Source: Kudoa neothunni (taxonomy: Eukaryota; Animalia; Cnidaria). From it: a DNA stretch of 64,000 bases. A program made the translations under genes and the position numbers. This document shows positions 13,400 to 26,367 of this stretch, one piece after another. The notes beneath the pieces are model-generated. The model did not search any database and was not told the DNA's origin. It saw only the letters and a list, made by a program, of their open reading frames with translations. The first letter of the stretch is position 1. Every line of letters starts with the position of its first letter. The stretch is from positions 3,009,223-3,073,222 of the forward strand of contig OZ199839.1 in assembly GCA_964304625.1 (NCBI GenBank), given 5' to 3'.

Positions 13400-13990
13400 T
13401 TAGAATGTCCCCGACCGTAGGGAAAATTCGGGTAGACACATTCGGCGATTCTCGAATAATGTTACCTGACATTTATACCGCCGAGAATTTAAGCAACCTC
13501 ACTTTTGAGGATATTGTTATTTCAAAAATAATCAGACTGATTTAATAGATTTTTACAAAATATATATCTTCTCCGAGAAGGAGAGTCTGTGATTGTGGCG
13601 CTACAAATGAAACTTACTCCTAGAAAAAAAGTGCCGACGACGGATTTAGCTTTAGATGCTACATTAAAATATGCCAACAAGAAAAATCAATTAGATTCTG
13701 GTCATTTTTTACCAGTCAAACTACCATTATATAAAATATTGAAAATAATCTATTTTTGATGGAAGAATGTGGCATTAAATCTACTGCAACAGCTGTTGAT
13801 TGGAAAAACTTTCATGCGAGATATTTGCTTAAATTACTTTATTAGGAATCCAATAAAAATTGGTGCTCTGGAATAAGGGTGCAGATTGACGAGAGTCAAA
13901 TATGCAAGAGGAAAATTCGGAGTAGGGAGAATCCTAGAAAATCAAAGCATATGGATAGTTTGTAGGCGTGGATGAGAATGGAGAGTTTTA
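13400..13990 (+). mobile_element. Merlin (IS1016/ISXO2-like) transposase remnant
   Basis: Frameshifted translation AVDWKNF-MRDIC...KIG...RVQIDESQICKRK-FGVGRILENQSIWIV matches the Merlin DW.nf.ReiC / VeIDES...RK...GR......WV pattern. Confidence 0.75.
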
Positions 13991-14374
13991 TTAAACGAGG
14001 GCGTTTTTTACTGAATAATAATCCCATTAACTTGTTTAATGTACTTGTAGAGAAATAGTATCTGCTCCCTCTTCATTTTAGGTGTAGCAATTGTTACAAA
14101 TTCAATTGTTTTTGCCTCTCCAAAATGAATATGAACGTTCAAAGGCCAATACCTAAAATTAAATCGCATGAAATGAATGATGTGGATTATTCATTCAGTT
14201 ATTATTTTAAAAAATAATTATTTTATATCTAAATACTAGTCTCGCAATTCGAAGATGTAAAACTAAGGTAGCTCCTCGAAGTAGAACTTTCTTTTCAGGT
14301 TTGAATGTGTTTCATCCCCCCTCCCAACATAACGGTGAATAAAATATATAAAACTATTTTCTTCTGCGAAAACC

Positions 14375-14470
14375 ATCTGGTAACAGAGGGTATGTTATTG
14401 AGATTGATGAGACGCTTCTTCGCGGGAAGCGCAAAAATAATCGAGGCCGGTATTTAAAGGGAGATTTTCG
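14375..14470 (+). mobile_element. Second Merlin-type transposase fragment (different subfamily)
   Basis: Translates GNRGYVIEIDETLLRGKRKNNRGRYLKGD. Confidence 0.65.
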
Positions 14471-15864
14471 GAAGGCGGCCAAAACCAAAATAATTTATTA
14501 ACGAATTAATGTTAAATTTTATATAATACAATGTTAAATCAACTGGTAAAATTGTAAAACACCTTAGAAATATAAAAAACATCTTTATTTATAAACTCTC
14601 CTCAATAATTAAGTACATTGTAGCGTCTAAGCTAAGGCTTAAAATATAATAGTTAGTTTATAAAAAATGAGTGAAGAGTGCAACATATGTATAATACTAT
14701 ATTACTGATTTCCTATTTACGTTGCTTCTTTTATTTTTTACGATTAACTAAGTTAAGAATGATTCTTTAAAATTAATTATTAAACGATTTTTTTGGACAG
14801 ATATCGAATGCAATGAAGATTGAAGGATAAATTTATAATAAGATGTGTAAGGTTTAATTAAACGTCTGAGTCGTATAATTTTGAAACGACCCATTCCAAA
14901 AAATGTTATTAAGGCGTATAATAATGCAGAAGTTAATGTCGTGCATAATAAGGTGGGTTTTCACTGGTTATTGGGAACTTAACGAAGATTTCACGTGTGC
15001 CGATGGTGTCGTATTCAGGATTTTGCACCAAAATTAGATATAACCATAATTAGCTGAATACTTCCTCTCGGTATTCTTTTATTTTATTATGAACGCTCGT
15101 GAAAGAGTCGGCGAAAAAAACGATGTACAGGGGCGTGTTTCTAGATGCCGACATCCTACCCTATTACCTGTTTTTTAAGGTGCCATAGGGGTTGGATATG
15201 GAGGATAAGTCTGGTGCTTTATAGTAACAAATTTTGGCCGGCTTTGGGAAAATATTATGGATGTATTTTCTTATTTCATGGTTTGATTCTTTTTCATTTC
15301 GTTTAATTCTTTTGAATATTAACAAAATTAATCTATTTTTTTCAAAAATGTTCGAACAAATCAGTAAAACCAGCCAGTCACGTGATCAACAATCTGGAAA
15401 TTTCGCAACCTTGTTATATTATTTAGATCCAAATATTTTAATAACAAAATAAAAAAATAAAATATATCGATTGTACATTTGGTTATCCAAACTGTTTTTT
15501 CTTTTTAAAAAAGTGCGTAAAAACCTATCACTGACTGTATTTTGTACTTATACATATAAACTTCTCTTTGTTTATCTAGCGTTTTTCCAATAAATAGAAA
15601 AAATTGTCATTAACCGCAAGCTAAGGTATTCCGGTTTTGGATGCAAAAACCGGTAATTAACCATTCGACTGCAATCAATTAATTGAAAGACATTAGTTTC
15701 AAATAATAATTTGACCATAATAAATTAAATTAAATAAATCAATTTTTAAATATTATTTTTTCAACCTCTAAAGCTTAGAAACTCACTAAAGTATGTGACG
15801 TGCGGTTTGTAGTTCCCGATATTGCGCGCGCAATGCAAGAAAGGAAACAATTTATACGTCTACT

Positions 15865-16155
15865 ACAGTGGTAAGTTACTTGGGTTAAAATTACTCAATT
15901 ATAGGGAGTATTTTTAAATTTTCTGACAACTATATCTTGTAATTATCGTTCCAATGTCCGGAATATGTTTATAACTATTTAAACAATAACATTTCATGTC
16001 TTGAATCAGAAAAATAAGAGAAAGAAATTATGAAACTTGTCATCTCCGTTACAGTTACCATCACCAACCAAATCACTCATTTTAGCATCATTTTCGACAT
16101 TATTTCCGCTACACGTCTTGGCTGGTTTTGGAAAAACCTTTATTATTTCATATTT
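15865..16155 (+). repeat. Dispersed repeat family, copy 2 (copy 1 at ~7415-7680)
   Basis: Colinear similarity with 7415-7680, with internal indels. Confidence 0.7.
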
Positions 16156-16683
16156 CTCTTTTAAAATCCTAACTCAATTTTACTTTTGTTTCCCATTTCG
16201 TTCCTAATCGATGACAAAAATCTCAATGCATCTGAAAAGTTACGAACCACACGTCACTACGGAATAATCCATAAAAACATAACTAATTAATTGATTGATT
16301 TAAAAATATTTTAGTTATATTCTTAGCGGTCTAATTATTGTTTTCAACTCGTTCGAGTGATAAATAACTTATTATAATCTTAGCCGTATGTTAATTTTGT
16401 AACATTTTCTCAAATTACCAACTACAAGTCACTAGGTACCCCACACGTCACCCACTTACTACGCTTTTAATTGTGCTGGGACAACAATTTACTCGCATAG
16501 TAACAATTATATTCACACTAAACGTCCATAAAATAGGGCATATAGTGAGTTAAAAAACATCTGAAATTTTATATAAACAAGAAATTACATTATTGATACA
16601 AATACTTTGTTTGTTCTTGTGGAAACTATATAAGGTACCCTTGGGGGCTGAGGGTAGCTGCGCCCGCTGACTATTCATTGACA

Positions 16684-17667
16684 ATGTGGGGAGCTGGTTC
16701 AGTTTTTGATTACAGGAGCAAATCGAGGCATTGGATAGAATTTGTAAAACAGCTGACAAATTTCGAAACATGCAAAACTATTGTGGCATGTTGTCGAGAT
16801 CCTTCATCAGCTCAAGTATTATTAATTAAACACATCGAACGATAATCTCCCAAAAATCATTAAATAAAATTTCTCAAGGAACTTACCTCATTAGCAAAAG
16901 AATCAACCAAAATATTGATCAAAAACGATTAGGTAGATAATTACAATTAATTAATAAAGGTGATAAAATAATCACGATTAAGATGTGACAAACGAAGTGG
17001 ATATCCAAAAGATGGCCGATGAGCTAAATAAAGACTTGCCCGATGGATTAGATCTGGTGATCAATAACGCTGGTACCTTTAGTAAATTTAGACAATCTGG
17101 GGCCAACACTGAAATCCCTCGTTCGATTGACGCCGAAACATCCACAACCTTATTCATACTTTTAGGGTGAATGTTTTAGGTCCATTTCTGTTAACAAAAG
17201 TAATACGATACTGTTTCTTTCGATGGTAGTTACAAAATTTAGGCTTTAATACCACTGTTGACAAAAGGTGCGAAAAATCATAATGATATGTCGGTTGTGT
17301 TCAATGTGACTAGCAGAATGGGCTCGATACAAGAAAATGATTCCGGCGGCGCATACAACTATAGACTTAGTAAAGTATCGTTGTCGCTGAAACTGTTCAC
17401 CATCCAAATTTTGATTATTTTAAAATAATAAAATCATTTAGACCGCCCTCAACATGTTAACCAAGAATCTTGCCATCGATTTAGCCGATCTAGGAATAAT
17501 GAGCGTGGCATGCCATCCAGGTTGGGTTTTAACTGACATGGGAGGGTTGTAATGCGTTGATTGATGCCCGCACAAGTGTTTCTGGAATGTTGGAAAGGAT
17601 AATGGAATTAACTCCTAATGACAACGGCAAACTTATTCGATTCGACGCAGCTCCCATTCAGTATTAA
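16684..17667 (+). pseudogene. C-factor/CsgA/sniffer-type short-chain dehydrogenase/reductase, 5 exons, frameshifted as written (pseudogene or consensus errors)
   Basis: Reconstructed motifs LITGANRGIG(L)[61 protein letters not shown] (YxxxK), [15 protein letters not shown] introns are intact. Single-base indels are needed near 16705, 16736, 16923, 17137 and 17545. Confidence 0.85.
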
Positions 17668-18109
17668 ACATTATTTATCTAACCACTCAGGACGTATTTG
17701 CTCAGTGTTTCTTCTCTATTACCTATTGTCGGCCTATTTGCCTTTACACTAACATAAGATACAGTTGTGTGTGGGTCGTGCGCAATTTTTAAAAATTTAC
17801 ATGTTTATATCGTATTTTCTCTGAGTTCCAATTTAAAAAAAGGAAATTAAATAAAAAATATATAATTATGGGCCAAAAACTTGGTTTTTATACAAAATAT
17901 TAGGGTTGACAACTTAGTGTATGGATCTAACGCAAAAATGGCTCGATCGCAGCGCATATTCGGATATTTGCAAAAATATAATAGTTTGAGCGTCAAGTTT
18001 AGTCAACGAAATCAATTAACCCTCCTAAAAATCTGGAAATAATAAAGTTTTACGAGTCCATATTGTTATGTTGGTAGATTATTACAGGAGATTAACAAAC
18101 CATTAGCTA

Positions 18110-18130
18110 GGGGGGGGGGGGGGAGGGGGG
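18110..18130 (+). repeat. Poly-G tract G14-A-G6
   Basis: Seen directly. Confidence 0.9.
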
Positions 18131-18224
18131 CAATTATTATTATTGTTGTTATTGTTGCTTTGTGGTGTCTCTCTCTTGCGTTTACAATACATATCACATA
18201 GCAAAGATGATAAGCTCCAAAAAA

Positions 18225-18860
18225 GATATTATACTAAAAACCCACAATGATGATGCTGTTTTTAAAAATAGAGAAACTCTAAGTGTGGTAAGTTCGCTTC
18301 AATAGATGAGAAAATTCGCGATTGAATATTGAATAAAAATTATGAGAGATAATAAGTTAGAATTATCACGGGACGATATAATATCTAAAGTCAACGATTT
18401 CTTAGCTTCGTCTAGCAATAATGTTCAGTTTTGAATTTTTATCAACCGACATAACCTAAAATACAATACATTCCACGGGGAATCTAATAATGTAGCTAAC
18501 ATAATCATTGATGATTGGAAATATCATTTAAGCGACATAATTGATTCTTGAATCCCGCTGATATATATAATGCAGACGAAACTGGGTTATTTGATCAAAT
18601 AAAACGAATTTAATAATTATTAAGATGTTTGATGTATTTTATTAGATTGTGGTTATGTTTTCACTAACGAACGAAATAAAAATGGATGCAAACAATCTAA
18701 AAAAAGACTTTCAATTTTGTCCGTGTGATCGATGACTGGTGAAAACTCCCCCTTTGGTAATAGGAAAGTACATCAAGCCGAGATGTTTCAATGATCTCAA
18801 AGATTTGCCATTGGAACACCGATACCACGCTAATAAAAAAGCCATGCCATGATGACCAGT
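18225..18860 (+). mobile_element. Tigger/pogo (TIGD-like, DDE_1) transposase remnant
   Basis: RHNLKYNTFHGESNNV...DDW...PADIYNADETGLF and PLVIGKYIKPRCFNDLKDLPL..YHANKKA. A matching right TIR lies at ~21816-21841. Confidence 0.85.
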
Positions 18861-19043
18861 TCAATTTTTGGCTTTGTTGCAAAATAATATATTTTATCTT
18901 CTGTAACACAATTTAGAATTTTGGGCATATCTATTAACTAATACTATGGAAACTAAAGGAAAAATAGTACATAATTATGGCAGTTTTTACACGTGTACAG
19001 AGGAGTAACCTACTTTTTTGAATAATCGATAATTAATGTTTGT

Positions 19044-20304
19044 TTAACCCTCCAAGTATAATTGGGGTCTTTTGGACCCCAGGCGACATCAATTATCCAT
19101 TTTCTAACACATTAACTTGTGAGAAATTTTTTGCAGTCAGTCTATTCTTCTAAAATGTGCTGTAATAAAATTCCACTAATTACAAAACATCTTCATTCCG
19201 TAGAAAAAAAGTTAATGCAAAAACACCCTCCAAATAAAATGTGAAATTGGGGGTTTTTGTTGCCTACGATTTTTTTCATCCAATTATCCAAAATGTTTAT
19301 TTAAATGTTTGTGAAGCTTTGAAAAAATTCTATCGACTAAATATATTTTTATTGCATGAATATCATATCTTAATAGTAATTACTCCGATAGCGAGTCTTC
19401 AGATTCATTTTCTTGGTTTCATGATTATTTATCGTTAGAAAAATTTGATATTGATACAGATATACAACTTAACTCATTAACACACAAGAATGGAATGATA
19501 CGGCCAATGAACCCGCCGTTGGCATCAAGAGCATGTATTGCAAATATTATGAGTAGTAAATAGTCGTCCTGGTGTCTCTCCGTTTCTATTACAAAATACA
19601 ACTGATACTTTCAGAATAATATTTAGTTCTGTTATGTACGCCATTATTTTAAAACATACCAGTACATGAGTGGAAAAACTTTTGGTGATAGATGGATCGA
19701 ATTGGATAGGTTCATTAGCTGTTTATTTTCCAATGGGATATCACAGGGGTAATCGAGAATCGGGTTTAAAGAGATATTTGGGTTAGAAGAAGGAAAGATT
19801 TATTGTGATTCATGCTCATTATATAAATTCCTCCAAATAATCCGGAAATTTTTTCCACGTTGGTGAACTACGGCAAATTTAGGTGGATTTTTACGCGTAG
19901 TTTCCACCTAACGAACATTTCAAACGTATTTATGTTGCCTGTTTTATGCAATAGTCTATGTCAGGATTATGATATTTATTATCACTTTATGCGCTAATTA
20001 AATAAAGAATTAATTTTGCTAAATGAGTTGAATTTTGAGTTATGTTTATAGAAAATATGTGATCTCAAAAGTAATACATACGCATATGCTGTGGTCAAAA
20101 TATTTATTTATCATAACGCATGCGCACATAATATTACATGACGTCATTTATGAAATTACTGAATATATAATCGATAAAATATTTTAAAACCTTCTAAAAA
20201 TACATATTATCATTTCTTCAAATATTTTATCAAATAAAAACGTGGAGTCTTTTGGACCCCAATTATGCTTGGAGGGTGTAAATTTTCATGACACAGAAAG
20301 TTAA
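19044..20304 (+). mobile_element. Non-autonomous piggyBac derivative, copy 1
   Basis: TTAA at both ends. Left end CCCTCCAAGTATAATTGGGGTC with an inverted copy GACCCCAATTATGCTTGGAGGG near the right end. Internal piggyBac-like coding remnants (NIMSS..PGV, IILKHT, ELDRFI). Colinear with 61980-63028. Confidence 0.85.
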
Positions 20305-20699
20305 TATACATATAGGCATGTGTTCAGATATAGCACAAATTTAAAAGTACTGAATGCTTAAGTTAAAAAAATCAGTAATAAATAACAACCTAGAAATATT
20401 TTTGTTTTAAAGATTGCGTCGGTCGTGTATAGATCGTGTAAGCTTCGACGTCAATTTTTACAACAATCTTTGATTGAAATCGACGTTTTTCATATAAAAA
20501 GGATTAGTGCGACCATTCGAGGGTTTGTTGAAAAGTACGCACATCTAATGTACAGATTAATTTATTATCAGTTTTATTTATTTGATTCACATTTGTTTTC
20601 TTGTTAAAATAGGCGAGTTGTTTCTTTTTAATGTTAGTTTAATACAAAAATTTCCCCCGCCTAAGAATAAATTCATTTTAAATCTCTTTTTTGAGAAGG

Positions 20700-21740
20700 G
20701 GTGCGGAAACTAAAATGAATCGAGAAGCGCTGGCTTAGATCAATTTGATTAGCAATTTTAGAAGTAAAACTTTAACCTTTTTTATCAACCAAGAACTCAA
20801 TAACAGCAGGCATATAATTCATTATTTCATTAACACAATTATAGAGACTATACCATCTGCAATCATTTACACGGGGTATTTCTTTTAAATATTCAATATA
20901 AAGTTTGGCTAGATGATACATGAAAACCTTCTTAGCACATCTGTTGTTTGAATTGAAAGATGAATCAAATGGGAGAAACAAGGAACTCTTATGATCTTGG
21001 AATGTAAATATGAGATATTTTTGTAATATTTTATCATATATGATGCTGAGTTGGATATTATAGCCAAACAATTGTTCCAATCGAGTTTATATTTTGTCAT
21101 CACTTGAGAAATATGGTTGGAAATAATTAGTTAGTTACATTCATGTAGAATCGTGGAATCCAACATAAATACCTTTTTTCATCCAAAAAGCGACCATAGA
21201 AGCACACGAAAATATGAAACATTGGCCGATTTTTGAAAATCGCACATTGCTCAATGTAGGTGTCAATACTTCAACATTTTTGTCAAATAATAGTTTACCA
21301 TCAGGTGAAGATCGCGTGATAGGACAGTATTTTGTAATATAGTTACGCAGGGGAGTATGCTTCGCAATGGATTTAAAGATAGTCCACCATAAAATACCAT
21401 CGAAACTAAATCGATTTGCATTTTATCATTATTTGGATCTCTATAAAAAAATAGGTAATAGGAACGTTTGTTTTGACCAATTAATCAATGAATAATGTTT
21501 TTTTGAAACTGAACGCTCCTGTATCCCATTCTGTTGTGTTGGCAGGTTAACTTTGCAGTATTTGCACACCAAAACATTGTCAATTACTTCAAGAAACGAT
21601 TATTCGTCCAACCAACTAACTAATTATCTTCTTGTTCTCACCATATTATGCTTAAATGTCGTAAAAACCGATAAGTTCAGAAGAAAATAAACATTGATTT
21701 TTTTTATAAATTCGGCAATTTTAATCGGAAATTACATGCT
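20700..21740 (-). mobile_element. hAT-superfamily transposase remnant (CGGBP1/DUF659-like)
   Basis: N-terminal IDNVLVCKYCK zinc-finger start, ISNSASYMIK...IIRVPCFSHLIHL (CxxH) and PRVNDCRWYSLY (RW motif). Many stops and frameshifts. Confidence 0.7.
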
Positions 21741-21815
21741 CTAGTTATATGCTACACTGTGTATGTCGTACTGTAATGGGTGGTACTATTATCGGGAAAT
21801 ATGATTAAATAATTG

Positions 21816-21841
21816 TTCCGGATAATCGAGGTTCGACTGTA
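21816..21841 (+). mobile_element. Tigger/pogo right terminal inverted repeat with TA target site
   Basis: TTCCGGATAATCGAGGTTCGACTG-TA is the reverse complement of the typical TA-CAGTCGAACCTCGATTATCCG terminus. Confidence 0.7.
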
Positions 21842-22575
21842 TTAGAAGTTTTAGAATGATATACAAAAGACATCTCATGATGTCACTCACACATCAGATC
21901 GAAATTCAGGATAATGGTCACACTGTGCCCAATGTCTTCGATGCTATTTATTTAACTATCAAATCAAGAAGCATTAAAGTCATTGGAAAAAGTTAGAAAA
22001 TCCTTTCGGATAAAATTTCGTCAACTTATTTTATTACTAATTATATTATCGATGGAAAAGATTATTTTTGCTTAAAAGCACGGTATATTGTAATGTGTTC
22101 AACGCATAAATATATGCAACACAAAATTGGTTGCAACGCAGTGGGTTTCCTCATCCCAGTTTCTGTGTTACATCCATACACTACTGACTACTGTACGATA
22201 CGATTCAATCAGTTCTAATTAAGCTAATGACACTGTTAAATTTCATTCTGAAAACTGCCTGTCCACACGTTTTTATTTTAATTTGTTGGTAAGCAAATAA
22301 TAAAGGATTACTAATTGATTTGCAAATGTTCGTACTGAAACGGAAACCAACAAAAACATTAATAATAAAAAGTTGGTTTATTGAATAAAAATTCAATATA
22401 AAATCAACCAACCACTCTATTCCACCACTAGACCATACAACGCACTATCAACGGTAATCTGCACTTTGCCTATGCAAACAAGCAAAATGCTGAATCCATG
22501 CAGCAATGCGCGAGTTGATGCTATAAAAACATTGAGGCGTTGTGCAACCGGTTGTTAGTGAAAACTTAAACAAAT

Positions 22576-23366
<791 letters not shown>

Positions 23367-23651
23367 TCTCACACCCTCCCGTCAAATAGATATAGCTCAA
23401 CGTTGAATAATTTTTCTTTCGACTCATTTTTAATACATCATCAATTCAATTGAAAATTTTGGCTGTTTTAATTGAGAATGGTTGTCATCAAAATGCCAAT
23501 TTTATATTATTGGTATAGTGTGCGTTTAAGCTTGTTTTTTTGAAATAAATTTTGAGGAATTTTTGCGAAAATTGCGCGTAAAAAGAAGTTTATTTTTATG
23601 CGTTTTGACCCCTACTTGTCGAAAACTAAAGAGTTGGAAATCTGTTTAAGC

Positions 23652-26054
23652 CAGGGGCCTCCAGACTACGGCCCGCGGACGTTTTTATAATGACACGTAA
23701 AGTTTAGTTATTCAGTGTTACTTTTCGATGAAATAGTACACAATTCGCAAAAAAAATTATCTTGTTACATACATAGTTATGGTCTTTCTTAATAATTGTT
23801 ATTAAACTTAATCGTAAAAATTGAAAAGCTTGCCTTCTCGATACTCGTATAGTTGTATTACCCTTTATTCGTAGTGCAAATATCACGATATTTAAAGATG
23901 TATTTATGAAAAAATCGTAGCTTTGTCAGAAGACTTCCAAACTTTGATTTTAAATATAGAATCTTTTTTAGGTTAAATGACATGTGTAACAATCAGGGGT
24001 TTCAATCATTCTCGTTGATCTGTGTTCGATTTCACGCGCTGTATCTTTTCGATTTATCGTGTGAAAATGGCGGATTATGGAAGCAAGAGAAAAATCGACC
24101 TTGAGTGTCGAATGTTTAACGATAAATGGAATGCAGAGTACTTTGTTACTAAATTTGGCAACCACGCAATATGTGTTACTTGTGACAACACTATCGTAGT
24201 GCTGATAGAATTTTCTATTCGCGGACATTGCGAGACAAAACATTAATCGGGAGTATTCAAAATGCAATGGAATTGTTCGTGCGGAGAAGTTCAGAACATT
24301 AAAAAATAATTTGTTGTCGAGACAATTATCTTCGAAAAAATTGCCCATGAAAATGAAGAGGACACAAGATCTAGTTTTCGCGTGGTGTATTTGTTAGCCA
24401 AACAAGGTAAATTATTTTCTGATGGTGAAGTTTCCAAGGAAGCTCTATAGGGACATGATGAACGAGATATGAGGTATGTCGGGAAAAAGCCAGCTCATTT
24501 TCTGAGGTAAGTCTTTCGGCAAACACAATAAGTTGTAGAGGGGAGAATATTGGTGAAAATATTATTTCGCAATTATGAGATAATGTAGAGGAATCCGTCT
24601 GCTTTTCTATCGCCCTGGATTAATCCACTGATATTTCAAACACCTCTCAACTTTTATTTTTCGTTAATGGGGTAAATATCGAGTTGAAAGTTACAGAGGA
24701 ACAACCTCTGTAACTTTGCATGCATGGAACTACAAGGTACAAGGGGTCTCGATCTATTTAACGAGATTGAAAAGTCATTCCAAACTTTCAACCTAAGCTG
24801 GAATAAACTTTTAGGCATCACTATTGATGGGATAGAAATATGTGTGGAAAAACAAAAGGATTAGTTGGACAAATATATAAAACGGTCGAAAACCTTTGGT
24901 GCTTCAATGTATTATTCATCAACAAACTCTCTGGCTAAAGAATATGGACCCGTCATTAGTATTAAATCTCGTTGTTTCCACTGTTAATTTTATCCGGTCA
25001 CATGGACTCCATCCCATCATGGACAATTTAAAGAATTTATAAAAGATTCAAATGTAGAATTGCTGAATACTCAGATTTGCCGTATTACACAAATGTAAGG
25101 TGGCATAGCTTTGGAAAGGTTTTAAGTTGATTCTTTGACTTAAGACAGAAATTGGTTTTTTTCTTACCGAACATAATAATCCTCTAAATTTGTTAAAATA
25201 TGATGATTGGCTTTTTTGCAGATTTGGCAACTCACCTAGACGATTTTAGTCTTAAATTGCAGGGGAAACATTGTTAATAAACGATGTTTATTCATTAATG
25301 AAAGCGTTTCGACAGAAATTGATTTTATTTAATTCACAATTAAATAATAATCGTTTCACTCATTTTTCATGTTGTGAAAAATACACCCAACCAAGTAATG
25401 TATCTTTTCCAATTGTTGTCACCCAAGACACTCTTTCCAATTTAATGTAGCAGTTTGATGAAAGTTATAACGATATTGAGACATTTTCCTCGAATATTTT
25501 CATATTCGAAAATCCTTTTGGATGTCACGTCGACCAATTATCTGCGGAGTTGCAAATGGAAATCATTGACCTTCAAACAAATGAAATATACAGACGTAAA
25601 TTTAATGAAAACAATTTATTGCAATTTTATGAGCTTTTGCCTCGTCGTGATTTCCAAAATCTTTTGTCTTTTTCTAGTAGATATATTTCAAAATTTGCCA
25701 CAATTTAGTTGTGCGAGAAAACATTCCCAAAAATGAAATATGTGAAATCCGCATACTTAACACAGTTGTCTGACGATCTCTTAAATTCAATATTGATGAT
25801 AGGGACGTCAAAGTTCACACCACAATGGGATATTATTATATCAGATCTGAAACAACTTCACTCTTCGCATAATGAGAACAAACTTATTATGGTTCCTGTT
25901 ATACATATTTATTTTATTATTTCGCCTTTAAGAATTTTTTATGCGCACTTATTTAGATTTTTAAATTTTGTTGGTTTAAATTTTTAATGCGGGCCCTCGG
26001 CGTAATATCAACAACCCATCGTGGCTCTAGCCTCAAAAAGTTTAGAGACCACTG
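23652..26054 (+). mobile_element. hAT transposon, SPIN/GTF2IRD2 type, full length but decayed
   Basis: TIRs CAGGGGCCTCCAGACT / AGTTTAGAGACCACTG. 8-bp TSD gtttaagc / ctttaggc. Transposase remnants KRKIDLECRMFNDKW...CVTC...HCETKH and CEKTFPKMKYVKS...LSDDLL. Confidence 0.92.
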
Positions 26055-26367
26055 CTTTAGGCTGTAAGTTGACACTAAGCGAATTTATATTTAGAGGCAC
26101 AATGTAAGGTAATCCTGCATAACATTTTTATTACAGTAGCCATCGTTATTTATTTGTTTTTTGTGAAAGGATGAAAACTCCATGAAATTGTTTGCGATTT
26201 GCTTTAGCAAATTCTACTGTTCATAAAGTATTTCCTCGGAAGTTAAACCTAGTGTCATTTTTTAGGTTGTACTTAATATAAGACCTAGCGATGTTGTTAA
26301 TAGGAATTTTAATAATGCCTGGCATTGTTTCAAAGTAGCTTGGTAGCGATTATTCTACAGGACCCAG

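Noticed and set aside
16684-17667. Alternative genetic code or stop-codon readthrough to explain TAG/TAA in the SDR
   Set aside because: The stops arise from frame shifts. Other genes translate cleanly with the standard code and use TAA, TAG and TGA as terminators.
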